In this document: piece after piece, positions 1 through 13,900 of the stretch
How positions within the stretch are numbered: position 1 is the stretch's first letter
How the letters are laid out: the number at the start of each line of letters is the position of its first letter
NCBI GenBank assembly: GCA_012295275.1
Contig: CM022675.1
Coordinates: 10,416,001-10,480,000, forward strand
Length of the DNA: 64,000 nucleotides
Reading direction: 5' to 3'
Source of the DNA: Chrysomallon squamiferum
Taxonomy: Eukaryota > Animalia > Mollusca
The notes under the pieces: generated by a model
What the model was told of the DNA's origin: nothing
Databases searched by the model: none
What the model saw: only the letters and a program-made list of their open reading frames with translations
Position numbers and translations under genes: made by a program

Positions 1-34
1 TAATGTAACAATGTGGTATAAATAAAGAGACATG

Positions 35-337
35 TCGCGGATTTGGCACCAGATATATTTATTCCGCGCCAATAACATACTTAAAAATGTTGAACTACAG
101 ACAAATTATATATTACATTTATATCAGTACAATATATTCTGAGCGATGGGGTGAATTTACAATAGGGTGGTAATTTTTCCAATGGATATTGCCGGCGCGG
201 TCATAGGTTATTAAAATTCGCAAAACATTATACTCGCTTTTGAGTTGCTTTCTTTTTTGTTTTTGTTGTGGTTATTATTTACAATGTTTCCCAGTACCTT
301 TGCATTTATTTAAAGCTTTGTAATAATTTAAATTTTT

Positions 338-376
<39 letters not shown>

Positions 377-1200
377 ATGGCCGTAAATTCATTGAGGCAA
401 ATGCCTCATATCGAAAACGACGATTTAAAAAAAAAAATTAATACAAAGATTTTATTTAATTTAATATAAAATATAAAACTATTCCGATAGAAACGTTACC
501 CACTGAATGAATTCGTTTATGTGTAGGGTTACCGTTTGAAGTCTACCGACATCGCTGCAATGAACGCCATAACTGACTTCAAAGACATCAGTTGTTGTCT
601 CATTTCAAAAATAATATAGTTTCAGCCATATATATATATAGTTTAAAAAATATTTATATGGTATTACACAATAATGTTCTTTCTATTCCGGTCTCGCATT
701 TACAACTCTGCATTGGTGCGCTAATATTCTGCTCGCATATTAGTGACAAACGATAAAAAGTCGGCATTTGTTGTGGTTTTTTTGTTCTGTTTTCTCTTTC
801 TTTCAGAGATCACCTAAAAATTAAAATATATCGCTTTTCCATGTTTTTAAACAGTCCATGAATTAGTTTTTCATTAACTGTCAGTATCACAAATACTATT
901 TTTTTTTTTTGGTTAATTCATGAAATCGTAGATCCCGCAAACTCTCATTTCCGGTTCTGATCTATATGGCGGTCCTTGTTCAAAGTTTGATATTTTGTTT
1001 AGACAGTTGATCTTTGTTTTTTCTTTGACAGTTTTTAATTCTCAACAACCATTATTATTTTTTATTGTTAGTGTCCTTTAAATCAAGATAGAATCATTTC
1101 TTTTGTTGATCGTTGTAATGGCCATAACATTGGCGATTCAAAGTAACTAACTAGTATTATTAGTAAGGGTAGTTTGTGAGACTCGACTCGATAGGAACGT
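35..1200 (+). promoter_or_regulatory. CpG-retaining upstream/promoter region of TOPBP1
   Basis: CpGs are frequent here and scarce in the gene body. E2F-like TTCCGCGCCAA (62-72), GGCGCGG (~194), ETS-like ATTTCCGG (947-954), YY1-like ATGGCGG (966). The first coding exon has an acceptor at 1896, implying an upstream non-coding exon. Confidence 0.5.
340..372. repeat. (CA)n microsatellite
   Basis: Directly visible. Confidence 0.95.
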
Positions 1201-1954
1201 TTTCATTTATTTATTATTATTTTTTATTATTTAAAATTCTAAAAGTTTTGAGAGAATGTTCATTAAATAACCGAATCATACCAACCGATTTTAGAAAATT
1301 GTGGAAGGTGTAGTATTAAATATAAAAATGTAAGAATAAAGACACCTGATCAGTTATCGGACCTTTACTGAAATTACTCATCACAGTTACTTTCTGTTTA
1401 TGGGAAAGTACATTTATATATTTTCCATAATCAGTATTTGTAGCCAATAATTGGTAAAAGACTGCTTCCTGTTTTATAAATATTTAAAAAGCTATTTTAG
1501 CTGAAGAATATCAAAATATAATAAAAGAAACCAAAGATAATAAGTTATTTGTTTATTTATTTATTTTAAAATGGATCAGTTGTAATTATGTAGGAGAATT
1601 ACTTCTTTTATTACTATTTTGATAACTTTCAAATAGTTTTTTTTTTTTTTTATTTTTTATTATTTTTTTTCAGGGTTTGATAATTTGGATTTTCTTCTGA
1701 AATGTTTAGAAAACAAACAATTTTGAATCATTTTTACTTTCCATAAAAAGTTTTCTTCAGTTTTAAGTAATTTTTAAATGTAATGTAACCAAAAAATTGG
1801 TGCACAGCTATCATGTATGTAGCTCAAAATTTGTTTTTGCAGAAGTAGTTTATTTTCTTTTATTTTAATTAAATATTATGTTTTCTTATATTTCAGGTAT
1901 CTGATTACATTATCTGTGGAAGACTGGTTATGGTGTTGAAGTAATTTTGTTGAT

Positions 1955-4900
1955 ATGAGTGAGATTAGTTTCAGAGTAAAATGCGTTAAACCAGAAGACA
2001 ATAACATACCAGGAGGAAGTTTGCTAGAAGCTTACAAAGTATAATAAAACTTAATAGTTTTAAAACAGAACCATAATGTTCTCAAATAAATATTTGTCAA
2101 AAATAAAAACAAAAAAGTAAAGCCCCAAAACTCCAAACCTGTCTAGTGTAACTTAATTTATTCTATATTGCTTTAGTCTAATTTATCTTTTCTTTTTATT
2201 TCATTAATGTTGAACACTGTTTAAAGAAATGATAATGAATCTGTCAAGGTTTTGAAAATTACACTAATACTAGTACACTTGTCTTGGACATACTGGTTTC
2301 CTCAAAAAGTAATGAAATTTAACAGAAAAACTGAAAAAATTACTTAATAATAAAAAAAAATAGGCTTTTAAAGAAAATATTTATATTGTAAGAAACAATG
2401 TCAGTTATATTTTCATTGAAATATACTTGATTTTGACATCTTTATGTTACATTAATAGGATCTGGATAAAAAAAAAAAAACCCCTATTTTTTATTATTGT
2501 TTACAGAGTTTAGATGATCATGGATTTTCACCATTGTGGGTGTCTAAAGAAGAGTGTATGGAAGTGGAACAGAAGGAAAGAGACTGTGTTTACCTGATGG
2601 ACCCTTTCGATGGTTGTGCATTTCATCATCTATCATCACTGGGGTGCAGGTATAGATATCAAATACCCTCTCTCAGTTTCAGTTTGAGAAAGCATTTCAT
2701 TTCATTTTATTTTAGTGTTCTTCTTTATGTTGATTAAGTATAAAAGTTACAGAGTATTTTTATCATTATTAAGAAACTTCATTTTATCAGATGATAAAAA
2801 TCTTATTTTTCTGTTATGACCCAAAATTAAACTAGACCATTTTTTACATATATATGTCCAAGGTATGTAATTTTGACATGTCCACTGAATTATTATTAAG
2901 CTTTTAGGTGCTCTATTTCTTAACTATATTTTTCAGAATATTTGGCCCACAGTGTGTTTTATCATGTCTTCTCGCAAAAATGGTAAGATTTCTGTTAAAA
3001 TTTGTGATAATCACTTTAGATATGTCTTAATTTAATATTCATCATACCTTCATGGCATAGAGGAGTGTTATTATTAGCAAATAATTATTGTATTTGTACA
3101 AAATGAGTAAACATGTACTTACATACATAATATATACATTATTACATACATAAAATTTATGAATTGAAATCTGAGAATGCTATATCAAAATCATTGTATT
3201 TCTTGAAGAACACCTGAAGGGTGTGATAAATAACTTTCTTTCTCATAAACTTTTATAATGATAAAGTTTGAGAGGAACCTGTTACAAGTACTGCCAGTTA
3301 ACAGCAAGAAATACTTTTAATATAAATCTGTATAAGTTGTATGCACAATCTTTTAAATATCAGTGAAGTGTTTGGAATGGGAAATACTCCTTTTAACGAT
3401 CTAGATAAGATTGATTCTTGGTCTAAGGTTCCACAGCCACATCTTTAATGTCAGAGAAACATTTATTTGTCAATAATTATAAATATTTATTCTGTTTTAG
3501 CAGTTTTTGTTTTAATTTTCTGCAGGAGATTCCAAGAAGACGTTTTCCTATCTACAACTTGGCAATGAAGGATGTTATAGTCAGCTGTTCTAATCTGGAC
3601 AGAGAAATAAGGGTAAAAGTTTACTCAGAAAAATCTTTTAATATTTTCTTCTTGACGTGTGTGAAGAAATAAAGCTTCTTGTGAATTAAAATTTCATTTA
3701 AAATTATTTCATAATAAATATCAATATGTTAATCAGTTTAATTCTGTATAGAAAAAAGAAGCTAATATAAATTTATGAATAATTTTTGTTCCTTAAGATC
3801 TTGATAAGAAAATGGGGTAATTGACATTATTTATGTGTAATGGTGCTGAAAACAGTGTATAATAATTATCAGTGGTAAGCAAAGAAAGTCCTCTTTGGTT
3901 TGTTTTAAAATGCTCTCTTTGTAAATCAAAATATTTTTTCATTTCCAAGTTTTTCTTTTTATTTTTCCCAAAAATTAATTTGATATTTTATTACAAAAGC
4001 TACTATATTTTTAAGAATATTTTTCTCTCATGTTGTTTTTTTTTTTTTTATCAGGAAGAGATTCATAAGAAAGTAGAACGAATGTGTGGAGAAGTGAGTA
4101 GAGTGTTCACAGAAATTGTCACTCATCTTGTTGTGGGAGAAGTTGGCAGCAAGAAGTACCTGGTTTGTTAGACTTCCTCATTTAAATAACCACTGTTTCA
4201 AAATAAAATAAATAAACCTCATTAAATCTTTCAGCAAGAAAACTAAAATATTTATTAAGAATACTTGGAACCCTGATATATAATACAACTAACAGCACAG
4301 CCCTGGCTCAGAAGTTACCAGACAGATAGTTTCAACATAGGTTTATTAAGAATATGAAACTCTGATTTGGTTTAAATCAATGGAAGGAATATCTTAATCA
4401 CTGCTTGACCTTTTTAAGTTACCAGTTGAGATGTTGATACAATATGCTTGGTTGCTACAGAAGCCTTTTCAGGTTCCAAAGTTTAAATATTTACTAGAAA
4501 CAGTAGAAAATTATCTTAGTTCAGAGTAAATAAATACTTGATATACAGAATATTCGCAGACCATTTTTTGTTTTGTTGATTTTGTTGTGATCAAATTATT
4601 CAGATGAAAATTAACCTGACATTTTCATTTGATCAGAAATTTGGGCTTAATGCCTTTCAAAATTAAAATGAATCCCCTTTTTGTACCAAATTTTGTAGCC
4701 TGAATAATAATTATGATCATAATACTAATAATAGCAGTATTATTATAAAAAAATGATGATGATAAATATTTTATTTTAATGTAGGTAGCTGCTGAACTGG
4801 GCAAACAGATTATGCTTCCACAATGGGTGGATGATGTATGGGAAAAAGCAATGTACAGGTGAGGCTATACATTTAAAAAAAATATATATTTTCTCTAATG

Positions 4901-7900
4901 CTTTGAGCAAAAACAGAAATGAAGAGTGGACAAAACAATTGTATTTTTATAAATTGAAATAATAACCAGCATTGTGATGTCTAGTGACTGCACAGACATA
5001 CACCTGGACAGCTTAGAGGGAACAATAATTATAGAAATCAATTTTTCTTTCAAATGCATGTTTTAATTTAATTTTTAAATATATTTATTCACAAAATAAC
5101 AATTATTAATAAATGTGTATGCAATTTTATTGTTATCTTTTTTAAATGGCTTTCATTTCGTAAATTCATTATAAAAAAATAACAGGTAACTATAAATATA
5201 CACTAGGGTTTTTTTTTTTTTTTTTTTTTTTTCTTTTTATATTCATTAATTTTAACCATTTTCTTAAATTGATTAACATAACAGTTGTACTTAATAAAGC
5301 ATGCCATTATTTTAAGAATTATTTACCAATAACAATTTTCATATTAATGGCTGTATGTTATTGTTTGGATTATTTTTAAATTGATTAATATCAGTTTTCC
5401 TAAAACAATTACATGCTGTTGATTTTAATATTGATTAATTCTAGCATGCCATTCTTTTTTTAAAAAGATCACCCAACAACAGTTTTGCTTTATAAAAGTG
5501 TATTGTAATTTTATACATTAACACTAAAAGTAGATTAATAAGAGTTGTTTTTTAAATTGATTTTTCCTCACAAATACATGCTGTTTGGTATTTTAATAAT
5601 TGATTATTAATATCATTTTCTAAAAAATACACATCATTGTTTTGTTTTGTCTTCATTGATTTGATCTTATAGAGATATGTTATATTGGTGTTTTTTTTAA
5701 AATTGGATATTTATAAGATTTCTAATTGATTTTTTTAAATCGATTTCTTCTTACAGACACAACGCCATATTGGATTTTTAAACAAAATTATTAATTTTGT
5801 TTTCTAATAAACACACCATTGTTTTTTAATTGATCAACAGTAACAATCATGTTAAAAATACACACCATTGTTTGAATAAACAGTTACTGGTACGATTATT
5901 GATTCCTGTTTGAGAAAACATAATTAACAGCTCAACTAATATTTTGTTTGGCATTAGAATAATAAACAAAATATTTGTTGTTATTGATTCTTCAACAAAC
6001 TGTTGTTCTGCTTACAGACACGTGCACTGTCTTGATGAACAGTTTCAGAAACACAAGTGTCCAGTCTTCAAGGGTCTTGTTGTGACAGTGTCTGGACTGG
6101 ACAATGAGGAGAGGAAGGAGATCAAAAAGATAGTAGAAGCAGAAGGTTTTCCATTTTATTTGATCAAATAAATCATTTTATAAATCCAGAAAATAATTCA
6201 ATAAGCTAGAGGGGAAAAATTATGATAATTAATAAATAAATAGTTCATTAATAATAATAAATAAATAGTTCAGTAATAATAATAATAATAATAAACATAG
6301 TGAACAGAGTAACAGAAATGAAGATGTGGTATTCCTTTATTTCATATTTTTTGGTAGTGATTTCCATAGTTTTCCGTTAGTGTTAACTATAATTATATTT
6401 TGATGCAGTCACTGATGTATTTAACTCTGCTTAATAAATTGAAAATTGCTCACCGGTTAAACACTTGCTGGTGTCAAAATAAAAATTGGACTAAAATTGG
6501 AAAAATCGACAGTATTTCAGAAACAAGGCAGAATATTTCTCACTCAATGTTTTGATTTCAGGAGGACAGTACAGTGGAGAAATGAAACTGAAAGAAACAA
6601 CACATTTGGTTTTAAAGGAGCCAAAAGGTAATTAGTTTATTTATAAAATTCAACCATTTAATTGTTAGCACGAGCATCTGTTAGAAAAAAAAAAGAAAAA
6701 AAGAGGGATAAAATTAAATTATTTGTAAGTGTATGAAAAATATAAGGGGGATGGGGTATGAAATTAAATACAGCAGTCACGATTTTGTTTTTGAAGACTT
6801 AGATGAATGAATGAATGTTTAACAGCTGTAAAAAACATGTAGACTACTAGATGTTGGACAGAAGTATGAAAATTATTTGTATAAAATTAAATGGTAAAAT
6901 AGTATCAAAATTTCAGCCTGTGTTGACTGCTTAAATGGTTACAGCATATTTGGTTATATACACAATCTCCAGTATGTTATGTCATGTTTTCATCAGTTGA
7001 TAAATGTCAGGGTACTGTCATTTACAGTTCACATTTTTGCAAATAGATAAAGATGAGATGATTGAAAATAATAAAAAAGGTTTTGGTTAAAAAGTTTCTC
7101 TCATTTTTCCTGGAACCAGATTAATTTTTTTGTGTATTTTTTTTTTAATATTTATTTATTTTGTAGGTCAGAAATATGAACATGCCAAGAAATGGAACAT
7201 TAATATAGTTCGAACCAGCTGGTTGTATGAATCTGTCGAGAAGGGTTATTGTTTGGATGAAATGAAATACGGGATAGAAAACAAAGTTCAAGAAGAAACT
7301 GGCAAAGCTGTAAAAACATCAACGCCTGACAAAGATAAAACTACAAGTGAGTTGACACAGTAATTTTATTATCTTAATTACACCTTATTCATTTTACCTT
7401 ACACCTTATTCATTTCACCTTACACCTTATTCATTTTACCTTACACCTTATTCATTTTACCTTACAAGTTATTATAATATATGCGATTTTTAAAATCTGT
7501 TTGGTACTAAAAGAATAAAAACAAATTTTTTGGTTTTGTTATCTTAATTATATCTCAGAGTTGTTTTTGCTTATATGTTCTTATTAGATGTAACTTTTTA
7601 ATTCTTTGGTAATAAATAAATAAATTAAATACTTTTATGTGTGTGTATTTATAATTAACTATTTGTAATTTTCATGTACTGCCTTTGATATATTTTCATA
7701 GATTATTGGTTTAATGAATGAATGTTTATTTAGCTACATTTCAGTGTATCTGGATATTAAATATTGTTAAATTTCATGAAAGACAAAATGAACTCTTCTT
7801 TCTGAAAAGTTGTATTGGACATTTTGAAAAAAACAATAAAAAAACAAACAGTTAAATTATAATATATTTTTATTTTAGTTGATATATCAAGGCTTGGTGA

Positions 7901-10900
7901 TATCAGCACTATATCTAATATCTCAGCCATTGGTGCAGCAAATGATCATTCAAGATTTTGTCACAGTCGCTTCTCCATTGGCAAGGGAGATAATATTTTG
8001 ACTCAACTTGATCTCACATCTGCTCAAAATAATTCATTTTTAGACGGATGCAAAGTAAGTATTAAATTTCATCTTGTTTTGCATCTTTCAAATTTTTTTT
8101 TTTTTTTAAATTGCTTGATTTCCTAAGCATTTCCAGATGTAAAATAATTTGATTTTAAAACTTGTCCTGATTTTGTTTAGTCTAAAAGAAATCCTGAATT
8201 ATTAATGACTGCAAATTTTTTTTATGTAATTGATTTAATTGTTATTGATAAATAAATTAATATTGATTAATAGTGAATTAGAGACACAAACTGAAAGAAG
8301 AAAACGAAATAAACCTCTAAAAACTAAACAATATTTGCTGTTCGTTTTCGAGAGAAATAAATATTATTTTAAAAAATATTTTAATAATATGTAAATTAAA
8401 TATGTAAAAAATTTATAAATTATTAAAATTAGAATTTAAGCATCAAATTTTTAATTTCTCTTTACAATAATCACAATAATTTTGTTATGTACAAATAAGT
8501 TTATTATTAATCTGAAAAAATTAGAAATATAATCTTAATTTCTAAAACTCTTTTATTTTTTATTTTCAGATCTACTTGTCAGGTTTCAGATCCCAAACTT
8601 TAGATAAACTCAGGAAAATAATTAATATTGGTGGAGGAACCAGGTTTGTTTGTAACTTCTTAAATTTTCAGCATTTTGATTATAAATTTATAAATTTATT
8701 TATTTATTTATTTATTTATTTATTTGGATTATTATTATATTATTTAAATCTAAATCGTTAAACCCTCATTTGCTAAAGTTTCTGCTAGGAGAATTGTGAT
8801 AAAATATCAGGAAATGACAATAAATAATAAATGAAATTACTTGTTAACCATTATTTTGTCAATATTCTGATTGGAAAGGGAAAAAACATGAGTGTATATA
8901 AAGAAACATTTATTGCTTTTAAAGAAAATTATATTTTTATTGAAATCTGGTGGCATTAAGAATAATTTATTTGGTAGTTTATTATTATTCTTTTTTCATT
9001 AGCTTGATTTAAATGTCTGGAGAGTTGAAATGGTATGTATAGATCCTTAATTCTTTGACTGGAACGGGACAAATGCCAGTGGGCAGTACTAGGGAAGACT
9101 GATACTGTGAATTACAGCTTCTTGAGGAAATTATATTCTAAAAGTTGTTTTTGTTGTTTTTATTTATTAATGTGTTTTCTCATGTTTTGGGGCATTTTTT
9201 TTTTTCTCAAGGTTTGGCAGTATTAATGAGAACATCACACATGTAATTATTGGTGAGAAAATGGAATCTGATATGAAACAGCTTAAAGAGAGTAATCTAA
9301 AGTTAGTTTAATTTTATTTATTGTACTTCTCTTATCTTCAGTTTTAACCATTGTTCTAGCTTATCTTTGCATTATTTTACACTTCTCTTTACTTTATTCT
9401 TTGTTCTTGCACTTCTCTTTATTTTAACCTTTGAACTTTTTTATATGAATATTAATCTCCATTCAGTTTTTTCTATTGAAAGTTCATACTGTTCATTTGT
9501 TACTTTAAATTTCATATTTTCAGTAGTTGTTAAAATGAATTCTTATATTTTTTTATTATTTAAAAATGACTTTCTTTCTATTTCTATTTTTTGTTTAAAT
9601 CATATAAGAGAAATTATGTATTTTAAAAAAACACAAAAAAAAACAAACACAACAAAGCCTACACCAAGAAAACAATGAAAAATAAAAACAATTTTCCATG
9701 GTCCAAACTATTTCATTGATCTGCAGACCTCACATTGTAACACTGTCCTGGATTGTCCAGTGTTTCAATGAAGGAAAAAGAGTTGATGAAGAGCCACACA
9801 AGTGTTTAGAGTTATCTCCACCTGACAACCCAACCTCTCCAGTTCAGAAGAAGAAAATGTAATTCATTAATTTTTATTTTATAATTTTTTTTTACTTTAT
9901 TGTTTCTCAAATTTAATATTGTTCATAAACTCTATGAAAAAAATATTTCAGAGTAAATAATAACTATTTTTATGATTGTAAAAGTCACAACTTTTTGAAA
10001 ATAACTAAAGTTGAGTTTGATTTAGTAATTATATGATATAAATGACATTCTTATATATTCAACTTTATATGTAACTTGTATTCATTTTGTTTAATGATTA
10101 GATGATTTTAAATGTAAAACTAGACTTATTCCTTTTTGTGATTTATATAGAATAAATTTGCTTATGTTAGAAAAGATTTTTAAAATTTCCTGTGTAACTA
10201 TTTCAGTAAAAAGGCTGATGTATCCAAACAGTCCAAGCAGCCCTTGATAAAACCTGTGGAAACTGAAGAAGATGAAGATGACATTATGAGTCAATATCTA
10301 CCTCAAGAAGGTTAAAAAACACCACTAAATTAATGAAATGTCATTCTCTAGTTCTTTACGATTAATTAATAAAATTCCCTTTCTCATTTCATTTATTATT
10401 AATAGATTACAGAAGCATGATTCTGTCTTTATTTTTTGTATTTTTCAGTATGCAATTTCAGTTTTACTTATATTATTAATAAATCAATCATCAGTAACTG
10501 TATGTATTTAGGCTGAAATCGTTCATCTGTTAACAGAGGCAATGAAAATAAAGTTACAGAAATTTGAAAGTAATTGCTAAAACAAGTGATTTCAATTTTT
10601 CATATAAATCTTCTAACTGTTAATACCCCAAATGTTTTTTTTGTAACAATTTTTTTTTTTAATTATTATTATTTTTTTATTTATTAAAGAAAATAAAACA
10701 TTAAAGGATAAACCAGAAATCAACGATAATCACGAAGAGAAAGCTTCATCTTCAGGTAATAAAACATTTAAGTAAACTAATAAAAACAGTGTTTAGATAT
10801 TATTTAGACTCTACATAAAAATATATATTTCTAAATGTTCTGAGTTATAAATTAAAATATAAGACTTTTTCAAATATTACCAAAAAGATTTTGGCAAATA

Positions 10901-13900
10901 ATAACAACACAACAATCTTTATGGAGATTATTGATAAAAAAAAAAATACATATACCTAATTTCGTAGAGATATAAAATAAAATATATGACCTTTCAAATG
11001 TTTCAGATGAAATTTCAGCAAATCATGACGACACAACAATGGCTGACGAAGTTGATGGGGACGTTGTTAGTGCAGTGAGTAAAGGAATATTTTACAAGAA
11101 AACATTCCTATTCTTTGGATTTGAAGATGATGAAATTAAAGAGCTAGGGGACTATATAGCAGAGAGTGGAGGTAAATTTAGTAGTTTGTAGAGTTAAAGA
11201 TTTTAAACTTCAGAAACTGCCCTAAGATGTTTGTGATTTTATATTGTTTCAGTTTATTTTAGTTCTGTTGTAAATAAGCAGCATATTTGGATTTTTTAAT
11301 GAAAAAAAAAGGATAAATATAATCTTTTTCTTTGATTTTCAGTTAAAGTGATTTTTTTTTTATATCTCCTGCAAGAAAATGTTTTATTCATGCACAAATT
11401 TTGTTTAGTCATTTAGAAAAATAAAGCAGTCTAAATAATAAATAATAATAGTAATAATAATAACTAACTAAATAAAAAGTATTAATTTTTAAAAACAACA
11501 AACAAATCCACTCGTATATTTTTTCCCCATTTTGCTAAATATTTTTAATCTCTTTTTTGTTAAATATTTTAAAATTCTTTTGCTCTAATTTCAGGGAAAG
11601 TGGTTTCTGAAAATCAACGAATTATTGCTGATTATGGAATTGTACCAGTAACAGGCTACCCAGTGGCATGTACTGTGGTAGAAATTGTTACAAATGCTTG
11701 GCTAGTAAGATTTTTAAAGTTTATTTCTTTATTTCAATATTAACAGTTTCCTAACTTAAGAAAACAGTGGATTGTTCAAATATCAAAGTCTAAAAGTAAT
11801 TCAATTGATAATAGCTAAATTTTTATTTCTGTTCTTTTTTCATTTCTTATTTTTATTTATTTTTTATTTTTTTTTTTTTTTTTTTTTATTCTATTTTTGA
11901 ATTTATATACATGAAATATTGTCTGGAATAATTTGTTATTTACAAAAAAATTAAAACTAAGAATTTATTAATCCAGGATTTCCTTCAGGCTATGAATGGA
12001 TTCTGTGGAATTATTTTTGTCTATATGTTTACCTAACTGCAGAAGAAAACGTTTCATGAAAACAATATAAACAAAATATAGCATTTTAATTTGCCTTCAG
12101 TTTAATCAGAAATGTTAGGACACCTGGGCAACTTATTTTTTATCAAACTTTCACACATACCATCAAGGCTGTCACTGTTTGTAGCTTTATCGTGGCCAAT
12201 AACTAATTAAAACTATTTATTTAATAATATGTAAAATCACCTAAATCTTCAAATCATTACATTTTATTATATTTTTGTACGCCTTGTATTAATGTTTTTG
12301 ATTTTCAGCAAATGTGTATAGAAGAAAATGAGCTGATACCTGTAGATAACAATGAACTATTTCGACCTCTCGACCTGGCAAGTGGAATAGAAGAACTGCA
12401 GCCATTAAAGGGATGTGTTTTGTCAGTCAGGTGAGAATTAAAACTGGGTCCTACTAGATAAACAATGTCTTAAACATTTCCCTTAGTCTAAGGAGTTAAA
12501 TAAAACATTAAAAAGTTGTAGAGTTCATCTTAAAGGTGATCTCAACAGTATCTGACCCCTGAGGTTGGTCTTATTGTGTATCCTCTCTATTTGGAATAGA
12601 CATATAATATAAAATAGTATTTGATGCCTTCAGTGAGTCTTTATGTATGTAGTTCTTCAAAGGCACAGAGAGTAAAAGATTTCCTGAGAGGGTTCTGAGA
12701 GCTAAGCACCTTTTGGTTAGCTGATAATCAGATATCCATAATAAGTTTATTAAGCATGCATATTTAGTGGGTTAGATAACATGTTTAAATCCTGAAATGA
12801 TAAAAAGAGAGTTGTAAGCAGTGCGCCTTCTTTGGTCTTAGAAAGTTCAGGCATGTTTTATTTAATGGTGTCTACAGTATTGATAATGTGAGAAAAAAAT
12901 CAGTCATCTGAAGGTAAAAATCCATTGATTTATTGGTATATATTATTATTATTATTATTATTGTTGTTACTTGTAATTGTTGTTTTTCAGTGGCTTCACA
13001 GGTACAGAACGAGACTGCTTAACACACCTTGTAGAATTACTAGGTGCCAGGTTAGTAATGTACTTAATCATGAGTAATATAAATATTTAAATCTGTGCAC
13101 TATTGTTGCGTAATAGTATTAGTAATGATAATTATGATAAACAACAACAGCAATAATAATAATGATTATGATAATAATATTTCATCCCTTTCAACATATA
13201 AAGATAAAATGCAGATTTTAAAAATCTTAAATTTTATGTTTTTAAATTGTTTTTAAACTTCATCATATAATCTACAAAACAACAACAACAACAAAATATT
13301 AAAATCAAAAATCAAAAAAATAATAATAATAAAAAAGCAAAAGATATCAACAATTAGTTTCTGTTCTTCCTTCTTCAGAGTGTTATCAGTTTTTTCTATG
13401 TTTTATTAAATATAATATTTTTATTTCAGATGTCAGGAATATTTTGTGAGGAAAGCCAACAAGACACTGGAAGCTAGCACACATCTGATAGTACGTGAAC
13501 CAGGTGGAACAAAATACAACACAGCCAAGAAATGGAAACTGCCTGCACTGTCTAAACAGTTAGTTCTTCTCATACATATGTTTTCCATATCTTTTCGGTT
13601 TAATTGTTTAGAAACTAAATTTTATGACCAAGTTTAAAGCAATTTCTTTTTCTTTGTTTCAGCAAGTAGGATGATATTAATGTACATTTCACAATATATG
13701 TAGTTAGTAGAATATTTATAATATTTTAATTCCTTGTTTATTTTTTGATGTTCCAGATTATTTATAGTTTTTGTTTATTTGTTCAGGTGGCTCTTTGTGT
13801 GTGCTAGAACAGGAAAAAGAGTTGTCGAGACAGACTATTTAATAGACAAAATCTTTAACAAAACCTCAGAAGAACAAACCAAAGAAGACAAACAGTCAGA

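Noticed and set aside
393-408. Palindrome TGAGGCA-AA-TGCCTCA
   Set aside because: Single short hairpin, possibly a MITE scrap; no partner end found.
7378-7466. Regular 21-bp repeats as a CRISPR-like array
   Set aside because: Head-to-tail units without spacers in a eukaryotic intron; an ordinary minisatellite.
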